Assembly (NCBI GenBank): GCA_039794085.1
Contig: JBDIWC010000046.1
Coordinates: 1-29,726, forward strand
Direction of reading: 5' to 3'
Length of the DNA stretch: 29,726 bases
Source: Gemmatimonadales bacterium
Lineage (GTDB): Bacteria; Gemmatimonadota; Gemmatimonadetes; Gemmatimonadales; GWC2-71-9
Shown here: positions 8,886 to 17,751 of the stretch, piece by piece
Position numbering within the stretch: the stretch's first letter is position 1
How the letters are laid out: the number at the start of each line of letters is the position of its first letter
The notes under the pieces: generated by a model
Seen by the model: the letters and a program-made list of their open reading frames with translations, nothing else
Told to the model about the DNA's origin: nothing
Database searches by the model: none
Made by a program: the position numbers and the translations under genes

Positions 8886-10364
8886 TTACTTGACACTGTC
8901 AGCACCGTCGACAGCGCTCCCCGTCTCCCGCGGGAGAGTCACCGTGAACTGGGTTCCCCGTCCGGGCCGGGACTGGACCTCGATGCGCCCCCCATGCGCC
9001 TCGGCAATCCACTTGGTGATGGCCAGCCCGAGCCCGGTTCCCGGCGGACTTCCGCTGCGGGACCGCGCGACATCGGCCCGCCAGAAGCGATCGAAGACGT
9101 GGGGCAGGTCTCCCGGCGCAATCCCGATCCCGGTGTCCCGCACGGCCACTTCCACCGTCGTCTTGGAGGCCGTGAGCTCGAGACCCACCTGCCCTCCCGC
9201 CGGAGTGTACTTGACCGCGTTGGTGGCGAGATTGAGCAGGAGCTGGAGGATCCGGGTGCGATCCACCGGCACGACGACCGGCTCCTCCGGCACCTCGAAG
9301 GTCACCGTGATCCCCGACGTTTCCGCCAGCATTCCCGCCGTCTCGGCGGTATCCGTCACCAGTTCCCGGAGATCCACCGGGGTGAGGGCCAGGGGAGCCC
9401 GTCCCTCGTCGGCCCGGGCCAGGGTCAGCAGATTGTCCACCAGCTCCGTCATGGCATTCACCCCCTCCAAGGTCTGGTCGAGGGCCTCGATGCTCTCGGG
9501 AGGGGCCCCGGGGTGAGTGAGGGCGCGCTCCACCCCGCTCCGGAGAACCATCAGGGGTGTCTTGAGCTCGTGGCTCGCATCGGCGGTGAAGCGATGCAAC
9601 GCCGTGAAGCTCCGTTCCAGCCGGGCGAACATCCGGTTGATCGAGGCGGCGAGCCCGGCCATCTGCGGATCGGAGGAGTCCACCAGGAGTCGGCGGTGGA
9701 GACTTTGTCCATCGCTGATCGCTTCAATCTCCCGGCGCATCGTGGTCAACGGCTTGAGACTGGGGCCGGCGAGGCGATACCCCAGCCAGATCGAGGCCCC
9801 GAGAATCAGCGGGAGGGAAATGAGCATGGAGCGCAACAGTGCTCCCGGCCCAAAGAGGACCACATCGTCTCCCGCGGTCACGATCAAGGCTCCGATCTCG
9901 GGGCCGGCCTCGCGCACCGGCACGATCACATACCGGACCGGACCGATGCTCGGGTCGAAGGTGAAGGTGCCCGAGGATCGCTCCGTGGGGACGGGTACCA
10001 GGGGAGCCCGAAGACGTTGAAACGAGGAGAACCCCAGCCGCGCGGCCGGTTCGGAGGAAAAGAGCACATTGCCGGCGGGGTCCGTCACCACAACGTACTC
10101 TCGGGAGGTTGTTCCCTCGAAGAAGTTGGCGACGCCCGGATCGAGCTGAGGTATCCCGTCCCGGAGGTGCACGAGCTTGCCCAGGACCCGGTAGGAGTTT
10201 TCGAGATAGCCGACGGAGAAGTCGGCCTCGATCGCGAGCCGCTCATCGAGCTCCCGAACACTGGAGACCCGCCGGTCGAGGTAGAGCGAGGCCGCAAAGG
10301 CCAGCAGGGAGACCAGGAGGGCCGCCGAGTACCAGGCCGTGAGGCGACTCCGGATCGTGGCCAT
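8886..10364 (-). CDS. Membrane HAMP-domain sensor histidine kinase
   Basis: Two TM segments, HAMP, H-box 'FTADASHELKTPL', N-box 'NLATNAVKY', 'DTGIGI', 'GTGLGLAI'. Confidence 0.93.
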   Translation of the reverse strand: MATIRSRLTAWYSAALLVSLLAFAASLYLDRRVSSVRELDERLAIEADFSVGYLENSYRVLGKLVHLRDGIPQLDPGVANFFEGTTSREYVVVTDPAGNVLFSSEPAARLGFSSFQRLRAPLVPVPTERSSGTFTFDPSIGPVRYVIVPVREAGPEIGALIVTAGDDVVLFGPGALLRSMLISLPLILGASIWLGYRLAGPSLKPLTTMRREIEAISDGQSLHRRLLVDSSDPQMAGLAASINRMFARLERSFTALHRFTADASHELKTPLMVLRSGVERALTHPGAPPESIEALDQTLEGVNAMTELVDNLLTLARADEGRAPLALTPVDLRELVTDTAETAGMLAETSGITVTFEVPEEPVVVPVDRTRILQLLLNLATNAVKYTPAGGQVGLELTASKTTVEVAVRDTGIGIAPGDLPHVFDRFWRADVARSRSGSPPGTGLGLAITKWIAEAHGGRIEVQSRPGRGTQFTVTLPRETGSAVDGADSVK

Positions 10365-10366
10365 TC

Positions 10367-11035
10367 TCAGGCCTTGACCACGTACCCGACACCCCGGACC
10401 GTGTGGACCAGCTTCGGGGTGTGACCGGCATCCACCTTCTTCCGCAACCGATTGATCACCACGTCCACGATGTTGGTGCCGGGATCGAAGTGATAATCCC
10501 AGGCGTATTCGGTGATGAGGGTACGGCTCATGACGCGCCCCGGGTGCCGAACCAGGTATTCCAGCACCGTGTACTCCTTGGGCGTGAGTTCGAGGAGCCT
10601 CCCGGCCCGTCGGACCTCGCGGGTGGCGGTATTGAGCTCAAGGTCCGCCACCGCAAGCACCCGGTCGGTGAGTTGCGGGGGTCGCCGGCCAATCGCCTCC
10701 ACCCGGGCCAGCAGTTCCTCGAAGGAGAACGGCTTGGTCACGTAATCATCCGCGCCGGCGCGGAGCGCCTGCACCTTGAAGTCCACCGCATCCTGCGCGG
10801 TCAGGACCAGGATCGGCGTCGTGTTGCCCCGATCCCGGAGGGTGCGAACCACCTCCAGCCCGGTCATGCCGGGGAGCCGCAGGTCGAGCACGATGAGGTC
10901 GTATCTCCCCCCCGAGGCCCGGCGGAGCCCCTCCATGCCATCATCCACCAGATCGGACTGGAAACCATTCTCTTCGAGCCCCCGCACCACATAGGGACCC
11001 ACGGTGCGATCATCCTCCACCACCAGGATCTTCAT
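10367..11035 (-). CDS. OmpR/PhoB-family response regulator (CusR/CzcR-like)
   Basis: 'MKILVVEDD', 'LDLRLP', 'GADDYVTKPF', winged helix 'TNIVDVVINRLRKKVD...TVRGVGY'; start trimmed to 11035. Confidence 0.93.
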   Translation of the reverse strand: MKILVVEDDRTVGPYVVRGLEENGFQSDLVDDGMEGLRRASGGRYDLIVLDLRLPGMTGLEVVRTLRDRGNTTPILVLTAQDAVDFKVQALRAGADDYVTKPFSFEELLARVEAIGRRPPQLTDRVLAVADLELNTATREVRRAGRLLELTPKEYTVLEYLVRHPGRVMSRTLITEYAWDYHFDPGTNIVDVVINRLRKKVDAGHTPKLVHTVRGVGYVVKA

Positions 11036-12549
11036 CAGGATGAGCTCCCCGCCGCGGGCAGCACGACGCGAAAGATGGTTCCCCTCCCCGGCTCGCTCTC
11101 CACACTCAGATGACCCCGATGCCGTTCCACGATGCCGTAGCAAATCGAAAGGCCAAGTCCCGTGCCCCGTCCGGGTGGTTTGGTCGTGTAGAACGGCTCA
11201 AAGATGCGTCCCAGGTCGGGACCTTGGATCCCGACCCCGGTATCAGCCACCTCGACGAGCACCTCGGTCTCCCGGCGCCCGCGCCGAGTACGGACCGTCA
11301 GGGTTCCGCCCTGATCCATGGCGTCGAAGGCGTTGATCACCAGGGCCATGAAGACCTGGATCATCTGCTCGCCATCGGCCACCACAGGGGGAAGGTCCTC
11401 CGCCAGTTCCCGCCGCACGGTCACTCGCTTGAACTTCTCGTGGTGCTTGAGCAGGAAGAGGGTCTGCTCCAGCAGGCCATTCACCGCCACCGGTGCGGGT
11501 GCCGTGGTGTGTCCGGGCCGGGCAAAATCCAGGAGGCCATCCACGATCCGGGAGCAGCGCTGCACCTCGCGTTCGATGATGTCCAGGTATTCCGGTACCG
11601 CCGCATCCGGGAACGAGTGGAGCCGCCCCTCCAGGGCCGAGGCACAGGCGCTGATGGTGGCGAGAGGGTTGTTGATCTCATGCATGATGCCGGCGGCGAG
11701 CTGCCCGATGGCGGCGAGCTTCTCACTCTGGTGGACCCGGCGCTGGGTCATCCGGGTATCGGTGATGTCCTCTCCGATGGTGATCACGTGCGTCACCCGC
11801 TCCCCCTCCCCCAGCCGCATGGGAATCTTGGAGATCCGGTACCACGCGGGAGGGTCCGCGTCGGGAACCTCGATTTCGGCCCGCACCGACTCGCCGCTCT
11901 GAAACACCTGATCAAATTCGGCTCGCATCATGTCCTGCGACTGGCGGGTCAGCACGTCGAAGACCGAGCGTCCCACAACATCCTGCCGCAGGAGGCCCTG
12001 GGTGCCGCTCTCCCGCATCCGGTTCCACGCCTGGATCCGGTACTCCCGGTCCACCACGTAGAGTCCGATCGGGAGGCTGTCGATGACGAGACTGATGAAT
12101 TGCCTCTGGGCATCGGCCTCGCGGGCCCGGAGCGCCACCTCGGAGGCCAGATCCTCCGACAGTTCCAGCGCGTCGAGATAGGGCGCCATCATGTCGGCCA
12201 CCACGCGCAGGACTTCGCGGCCATCCTCCGGCCAGGTCTCCACCTCCACATCCAGCATGCCCAGGCGGTCCGCTCCCCGCTCCAGGGGAACCCGGCACCC
12301 GGAGGCCGGCCCCGGAGGGAGGGCTTCCAGCGAGGGTGCCCGCAGGATCTCACCCCGGTCCGGGGCCCGGCAGCCCTGGAATTCGGGCGCGTTGGGGGCG
12401 CGGTGCCAGATCGTCACGCTGCGCGCGCCGAACGCCCCATGAATCGCGAGGGCGATCTCGAGGAGGCTTCGGGTCGGAGCCCGGGTGTCGTTCAGAAGGC
12501 GGGCCACCTGTCCCAGCAGGTCGAGACCTCGCCCGGGGAGTACTGCCAT
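11035..12549 (-). CDS. Cytoplasmic GAF-like/PAS sensor histidine kinase (NtrB-like)
   Basis: PAS 'VIDSLPIGLYVVDREYRIQAWN', H-box 'EKLAAIGQLAAGIMHEINNPL', 'IFEPFYTTKPPGRGTGLGL'; start trimmed to MAVLPG at 12549. Confidence 0.9.
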   Translation of the reverse strand: MAVLPGRGLDLLGQVARLLNDTRAPTRSLLEIALAIHGAFGARSVTIWHRAPNAPEFQGCRAPDRGEILRAPSLEALPPGPASGCRVPLERGADRLGMLDVEVETWPEDGREVLRVVADMMAPYLDALELSEDLASEVALRAREADAQRQFISLVIDSLPIGLYVVDREYRIQAWNRMRESGTQGLLRQDVVGRSVFDVLTRQSQDMMRAEFDQVFQSGESVRAEIEVPDADPPAWYRISKIPMRLGEGERVTHVITIGEDITDTRMTQRRVHQSEKLAAIGQLAAGIMHEINNPLATISACASALEGRLHSFPDAAVPEYLDIIEREVQRCSRIVDGLLDFARPGHTTAPAPVAVNGLLEQTLFLLKHHEKFKRVTVRRELAEDLPPVVADGEQMIQVFMALVINAFDAMDQGGTLTVRTRRGRRETEVLVEVADTGVGIQGPDLGRIFEPFYTTKPPGRGTGLGLSICYGIVERHRGHLSVESEPGRGTIFRVVLPAAGSSS

Positions 12550-12557
12550 GCCCCTCC

Positions 12558-13085
12558 TCACGTGGGGGTCAGTCGGTCGCACGGCGAGCGGGGGGGGGCG
12601 GGGGGCTCGCCCCAGACCAGGTGGTGTTCGCCGACGGCGCGAAAGCGGACCGGCGTCCCTGTCACCTCGTGGTCGTCCAGGAGAATCCACAGGGGCGGAG
12701 ATGTCCCGGGTCGCGCCGTCACGACGATCGCGGGCCCGAAGCGAACGGCCACCCGCAAGGCCACCCGCCCCCACCGACGCGACAATCCGAGGTCAAGCAC
12801 CGTCCGGCCCACCCGGACATGGTGCAGCTCCATCCGGTTCCAGTCCACCGGAAGGACCGGAGCCAGCAGCAGCCGATCGGCCCCGGGAGCATCCAGGCCG
12901 AGGATGTCCCCCAGAACCATGCGAACCGTGTCACCCGTCTCCGGGGTCGACGCCTTCCAGCCCGCAAAGTCGACGCGGCCCGCTTGGCACATTTCTGCCG
13001 CGAAGCGTTCGACCACGGCGGGATCCGCCCCCAGGAGCCGAGGCAGCCGTCTCCCCGGCTCAGCCGATGGCGCGGATCTGCTCAA
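12558..13085 (-). CDS. Hypothetical protein resembling the C-terminal beta-domain of (alpha/alpha)6 glycoside hydrolases
   Basis: 'ILGLDAPGADRLLLAPVLPVDWNRMELHHVRVGRTVLDL'; fills the gap between prx and the kinase. Start uncertain. Confidence 0.5.
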   Translation of the reverse strand: MSRSAPSAEPGRRLPRLLGADPAVVERFAAEMCQAGRVDFAGWKASTPETGDTVRMVLGDILGLDAPGADRLLLAPVLPVDWNRMELHHVRVGRTVLDLGLSRRWGRVALRVAVRFGPAIVVTARPGTSPPLWILLDDHEVTGTPVRFRAVGEHHLVWGEPPAPPRSPCDRLTPT

Positions 13086-13518
13086 GGATCTCCGCGTTGT
13101 CGCGTCGGTTCCCGGGAGAATCCTCGGCGTGGGCCCACCGAACCATACCCTCGCGGTCGATCAGGATGTACGCCCGGTTGCTGAAGAACTTGTCCTCCAG
13201 CAAGGTCCCGTAGCGCCGCGACACGTCGCGCCTGAAGTCGCTCAACAGGTCCACACCGATCCGTTCCTTGGCCTTGAACTCCTTCAGCGACGGGATGGCA
13301 TCGACACTGATCGGCAGCACGACGGTGCCGGTCGACGCGAAGGCGTCAAAATCCTGAGTAAAGGCACACATCTCGGTGGTGCACACCCCGGTGAACGCCA
13401 GGGGAAAGAACGCCAGCAGAACCTGCTTGCCTCGCAGGGAGTTCAGCGAGACGTCCTCCCCCGAAGTGGAGGGAAGGGTAAAGTCGGGGGCGGGAGACCC
13501 GACAGCGGGCAGCGACAT
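13060..13518 (-). CDS. Peroxiredoxin (AhpC/TSA family, AhpE/BCP-like)
   Basis: 'VGSPAPDFTL', PxxxTxxC in 'FFPLAFTGVCTTEMC', conserved Arg 'SNRAY'; start MSLPAVG at 13518. Confidence 0.9.
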   Translation of the reverse strand: MSLPAVGSPAPDFTLPSTSGEDVSLNSLRGKQVLLAFFPLAFTGVCTTEMCAFTQDFDAFASTGTVVLPISVDAIPSLKEFKAKERIGVDLLSDFRRDVSRRYGTLLEDKFFSNRAYILIDREGMVRWAHAEDSPGNRRDNAEILEQIRAIG

Positions 13519-13538
13519 GAGCAGCTCCAGGTAGGGGA

Positions 13539-14144
13539 TCAGGCCGCGAAACGCGCAGCCACCTTGCTCCAGTTGACCACATTCCACCAGGCCGAGAGAT
13601 AGTCGGGCCGGCGGTTCTGATACTTGAGATAGTACGCGTGCTCCCACACATCGCAGCCCAGTAGCGGCGTCCGGCCCTCCATGAGGGGGGTGTCCTGGTT
13701 CGGGGTGCTCTCGATGCGCAGTGCCCCCGACCCGTCCCGCGAGAGCCAGGCCCACCCACTGCCGAACCGTCCGGTCCCCGCCGCCATGAACTGGGTCTTG
13801 AAGGCATCGAAGCTGCCGAAGGCGCTGTCCAGAGCCCGAGCCAGGGCACCGCCGGGAGCGGCGTCTCCACCCGGGGTCATGACATCCCAGAAGAGGGTGT
13901 GGTTCGCATGCCCTCCCCCGTTGTTCCGGACCGCGGTGCGGATGGCCTCCGGAACCGACCCGAGATCCCCGAGCAGTTCTTCGATGGTCCGGGAGGCGAG
14001 AGCAGCCTGGCCTTCGAGCGCCTTGTTCAGATTGGCCACGTAGGCGGCGTGGTGTTTGCCGTGGTGGATCTGCATGGTCTGGGCATCGATATGCGGCTCC
14101 AGCGCGGCCACGTCATAGGGAAGGGAGGGAAGTGTGAAGGTCAT
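13539..14144 (-). CDS. sodA: Superoxide dismutase [Mn]
   Basis: '[10 protein letters not shown]', '[10 protein letters not shown]', 'FGSGWAWL', 'PNQD', 'DVWEHAYY'. Confidence 0.95.
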   Translation of the reverse strand: MTFTLPSLPYDVAALEPHIDAQTMQIHHGKHHAAYVANLNKALEGQAALASRTIEELLGDLGSVPEAIRTAVRNNGGGHANHTLFWDVMTPGGDAAPGGALARALDSAFGSFDAFKTQFMAAGTGRFGSGWAWLSRDGSGALRIESTPNQDTPLMEGRTPLLGCDVWEHAYYLKYQNRRPDYLSAWWNVVNWSKVAARFAA

Positions 14145-14216
14145 CGTGAAACTCCTGAGGAAAAACCATGGAGGCTCTGCTCCACACGGAACAGAGAGTA
14201 GAGGAATATGGGCCCG

Positions 14217-15260
14217 CTAGGAAACCGAGGCAACGCGACCGTCTCCACGGGTCCGGGTCAGGCACGCGGCGGCCACCGTCATCGCGACCACCAACGTGAG
14301 CACGACCTGCGAGGCGAGTCCTGCCTGGAGGAACTGGAGAACCCCCCACCCCACCGGCACCAGCGCCAGCCGCCGCGCCGGAGTTGGCCACCCGCGCACA
14401 GGAGCAGTCCCCCGGGAAAGGACCAGCGCGCCCGCCATCAGGATCACCGAGGCGAGCGCCTCCGACGACCGGAATCCAGGGGTGGCGAACCAGGCGGTGG
14501 CCAGAGCCAACGCACCGAGGATCCGTCCCCCGTCACGCACCGCCACCGCATGGGCCAGTCCCGGAAGAAGAAGACCGAGGGCCACCACATCCCAATAGCG
14601 TACGCCATGCGGCATCGCGGCGTTCCCCATCGCCAGAAGGAGGAGAAGGGAGACGGGAGCGAGGGACCACTCACCCAGTCGGTGCCAGGGCCAGAGACCG
14701 GAGAGAAGCCACGCGGCCACCCCCGCCCCGGGGGCCAGCCAGTAATCCCGGGGAAGCAGCACTGCCACAGCCAGGAAAGCGAGGACGGCCACACTGAGGA
14801 GGAGTGGCCCGGCACGAAGGCGCCCCGGAAACCGCCTCTCCAGCGCGCGGAACACGCGCCCGGGCCGAGCCATCCGGACCACCCCGGCGAGGCCCAGCAG
14901 CAGCGCACCGAGCAGGAGGGAGGCGGGCACCACCATCGGCCAGGCCGACCCGAGAACCGGCCAGAGCCAGAGGGCCCCCGCCAACGCCACCGCCCCGTGC
15001 CACACCCGTCCCCCGCCGATTCCGATGGCGAGGAGGCCCGCCCCGAGGAGACCGGCATTGCCCAGAAGGAAACCGCCGGGGAGCGTTCGACCGACGACCG
15101 CGGAGGGTCGGTCCGTGCCGTCCGCCACCAGGAAAGCCGCGGCCGCCACGGCAAGCAGCAGCCATCCGACCTCCATCCAGCCCGGCCATCGGGCACCCCG
15201 AAGCAGAAGGAGCAGAGCGGCGAGCAGCAGGAGCCCCGATTCGAACGGGAGCTGCCCCAT
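14217..15260 (-). CDS. Hypothetical polytopic membrane protein
   Basis: Many hydrophobic segments; ATG 15260 lies directly after the dipeptidase stop. Confidence 0.65.
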   Translation of the reverse strand: MGQLPFESGLLLLAALLLLLRGARWPGWMEVGWLLLAVAAAAFLVADGTDRPSAVVGRTLPGGFLLGNAGLLGAGLLAIGIGGGRVWHGAVALAGALWLWPVLGSAWPMVVPASLLLGALLLGLAGVVRMARPGRVFRALERRFPGRLRAGPLLLSVAVLAFLAVAVLLPRDYWLAPGAGVAAWLLSGLWPWHRLGEWSLAPVSLLLLLAMGNAAMPHGVRYWDVVALGLLLPGLAHAVAVRDGGRILGALALATAWFATPGFRSSEALASVILMAGALVLSRGTAPVRGWPTPARRLALVPVGWGVLQFLQAGLASQVVLTLVVAMTVAAACLTRTRGDGRVASVS

Positions 15261-15261
15261 G

Positions 15262-16530
15262 TCAGGGCGTCGACGCGCGATCGAGCGACTCGATCGTCGC
15301 CGTGCTGGGCGGCCGCTCCCGCTGCAGCCGGGCGGCCACCTGTTCCGCCCTCTCCAGGGCTCGCAGGACGTTCTCCCCCGCCAGCATCCGGAGTTCCTGC
15401 TCGGTCCACCCACCCCGCGCCAGCTCCGCGAACAACTGCGGATAGGTGGCCACATCCTCCAGTCCGCGGATCACATCGGTGATGCCGTCGAAGTCCCCCC
15501 CGATTCCCACATGGGCCACTCCCGCCACGCGGCGGATGTGCTCGATGTGGTCGGCCACCTGGCTCAGCGTCGCCGTGGGAGTGGGATGCGCAGCCGTCCA
15601 CGTCTCCATTCCCTGCCGCTGGTGAGCGGTATCGCCGGGGAACTGGTCGGCCAGAGCGCGGGCCTGGCGGGTGCGTTCGGCCCCATGATCGGCCACCTCC
15701 TGCGAAATGAAGGAGGGGACGAACGTCACCATCACGACCCCGCCATTGGCGGGGAGCCGCCGGAGAATCGAATCGGGAACGTTGCGGGCCACATCGGTGA
15801 GGGCCCGCGCCGAGCTGTGGGAAAAGATGACCGGCGCCTCGGTCACCGTGAGGGCGTCACTCATGGTGGCGGGAGACACGTGCGACAGGTCCACCAGCAT
15901 GCCGAGCCGGTTCATCTCCCGTACCACCTCCTCGCCGAAGCGGGTGAGTCCGCCATGGCGTGGCTCGTCGGAGGCGGCGTCCGCCCAATCGAGGGTCACG
16001 TTGTGGGTGAGGGTCATGTAGCGTGCCCCCAGTGCGTGGTAGGCCCGGAGAGCACCGAGGGAGTTTTCAAGGACGTGTCCGCCTTCCAGGCCCAGCATGC
16101 CGCCGATCCGTCCGGCGCGGTGCTCCTCGCGCAGGCCGGCGGCCGTGGGCACCAGGGTCAGGTCGGGATACCGGTCGATGAGCCGCCTCGCGATGTCGAT
16201 CTGCTCCAGCTGGACCCGCGCAAACCCGGAATCGGCCCATTCTCCGGGGACATAGACCGACCAGAACTGCCCCCCCAGCATGCCGGTCCGGAGGCGGGCC
16301 AGATCGGTGTGCCCCGGGGTGCGGGACCCGAGATCGTAGCGTTCCACCGCATGTGGCGCGGGGGCGAAGTTGCGGATGGCCCACGGAAGGTCGTTGTGCC
16401 CGTCGATGAGGGGCGTGGTCCGAAGGACTCGGCGCGCCATCTCCAGGTGGGGGTCTTCGCCTCCGGCCTGAGCAGCAACGCTGGAGGGAACGGTGGCGAG
16501 CAGGAGGGGGAGACACCAGAGGAGACGCAT
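15262..16530 (-). CDS. Membrane dipeptidase (peptidase M19) with signal peptide
   Basis: 'LIDGHNDLPW', 'GGQFWSVY', 'LEGGH', 'YMTLTH', 'VDLSH', 'FSHS', 'GIGGDFDG'; start MRLLWCL at 16530. Confidence 0.93.
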   Translation of the reverse strand: MRLLWCLPLLLATVPSSVAAQAGGEDPHLEMARRVLRTTPLIDGHNDLPWAIRNFAPAPHAVERYDLGSRTPGHTDLARLRTGMLGGQFWSVYVPGEWADSGFARVQLEQIDIARRLIDRYPDLTLVPTAAGLREEHRAGRIGGMLGLEGGHVLENSLGALRAYHALGARYMTLTHNVTLDWADAASDEPRHGGLTRFGEEVVREMNRLGMLVDLSHVSPATMSDALTVTEAPVIFSHSSARALTDVARNVPDSILRRLPANGGVVMVTFVPSFISQEVADHGAERTRQARALADQFPGDTAHQRQGMETWTAAHPTPTATLSQVADHIEHIRRVAGVAHVGIGGDFDGITDVIRGLEDVATYPQLFAELARGGWTEQELRMLAGENVLRALERAEQVAARLQRERPPSTATIESLDRASTP

Positions 16531-17022
16531 GGGGAGCCCTCGGAGGGGTCGGAATGGCAGGGACGGAGACGGGTACTCCGCGAAAGGTATCAGGGTCCGG
16601 TCCCGGGTGCGGAGCGCGCCCCCTCTCACTCCTCACTCCTCTCCCCTCCCTTCTCACGCGAAGACGCGAAGACGCGAAGGGGTGTGCGTTGCAGGATCAT
16701 CGTGACCTTCCAGTCATGAAAAGGGGTGGCCCCACCCACCACCCAGGCGAGCCAAGCGATCCGCCTGCCCCCTTCTCTCACTCCTCACTCCTCTCCCCTC
16801 ACTTCTCGGAAGGGCTCACACGAAGACACGAAGACACGAAGATTGAGTCGAGGAGATCAACTTGTATGGCACCGGAAGCAATGGCGTTTGTGGCGCTTGT
16901 TGGTGGTGGGTGGGGGCACACCCTTTTGTCATGGATCGGATTTCGCAATGGCCCCGGCAACGCGCGCACTTCGCGTCTTCGCGTCTTCGCGTGAGTAGCT
17001 GTTCTCCGGGGTCCCGTGTCAT

Positions 17023-17040
17023 TTGTGAATTATTTCACAA
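17023..17040. promoter_or_regulatory. Rex-type operator palindrome TTGTGAA-ttat-TTCACAA
   Basis: Exact match to the Rex consensus TTGTGAA-N4-TTCACAA. Confidence 0.55.
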
Positions 17041-17431
17041 GCAGCGACCTCCTCCCCTCTCACTCCTCACTCCTCTCCCCTCACTTCTCGGAAGAGCTCA
17101 CGCGAAGACGCGAAGCCGCGAAGGGGTGGGCATCGCCGGGATCATCGTGAACTCAGGGCGTGAGAATGGGTGGCCCCACCCCCCTCTCACTCCTCACTCC
17201 TCTCCCCTCACTTCTCGGAAGGGCTCACACGAAGACACGAAGACACGAAGATTGAGTCGAGGAGATCAACTTGTATGGCACCGGAAGCAATGGCGTTTGT
17301 GGCGCTTGTTGGTGGTGGGTGGGGGCACACCCTTTTGTCATGGATCGGATTTCGCAATGGCCCCGGCAACGCGCGCACTTCGCGTCTTCGCGTCTTCGCG
17401 TGAGTAGCTGTTCTCCGGGGTCCCGTGTCAT

Positions 17432-17449
17432 TTGTGAATTATTTCACAA
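17432..17449. promoter_or_regulatory. Second copy of the Rex-type palindrome
   Basis: Identical copy within the 409-bp duplication. Confidence 0.55.
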
Positions 17450-17751
17450 GCAGCGACCTCCTCCCCTCTCACTCCTCACTCCTCTCCCCTCACTTCTCGG
17501 AAGAGCTCACGCGAAGACGAAGCCGCGAAGGGGTGGGCATCGCCGGGATCATCGTGAACTCAGGGCGTGAGAATGGGTGGCCCCACCCCCCTCTCACTCC
17601 TCACTCCTCTCCCCTCACTTCTCGGATGATTGTGAAAAAAGGTGCAAGCGGTCTGGCGGGGCGTCTGGTACGAATCTCGCTGGTGTACATCGGTGCCGGG
17701 ATTGGCGTCGTATTATCTGGAAGGATGGGCAACTCATCGTCCGGAGGTACC

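Larger units (their letters stand above)
16623..17626. repeat. Mosaic repeat array containing a 409-bp tandem duplication
   Basis: 36-bp unit CTCTCACTCCTCACTCCTCTCCCCTCACTTCTCGGA at 16775, 17057, 17184, 17466, 17591 (variant at 16623). 16775-17183 is repeated at 17184-17590 with a 2-bp deletion near 17519. Confidence 0.95.

Noticed and set aside
8860..8886. CusR/CopR-type operator upstream of tonB (ATGACAAAACGATAAC)
   Set aside because: Only one half-site resembles the palindrome; insufficient support.
16623..17626. CRISPR array (36-bp repeat x6)
   Set aside because: Intervals are 125-282 bp, unequal and themselves duplicated; the repeat is a low-complexity heptamer derivative; no cas genes in the window.
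16554..17751. Small ORFs within the repeat array and the 5' extension of ORF 17425..18420
   Set aside because: Translations merely reflect the repeats (SHSSLLSPH, TRRHEDTK); a better start with RBS exists at 17752.
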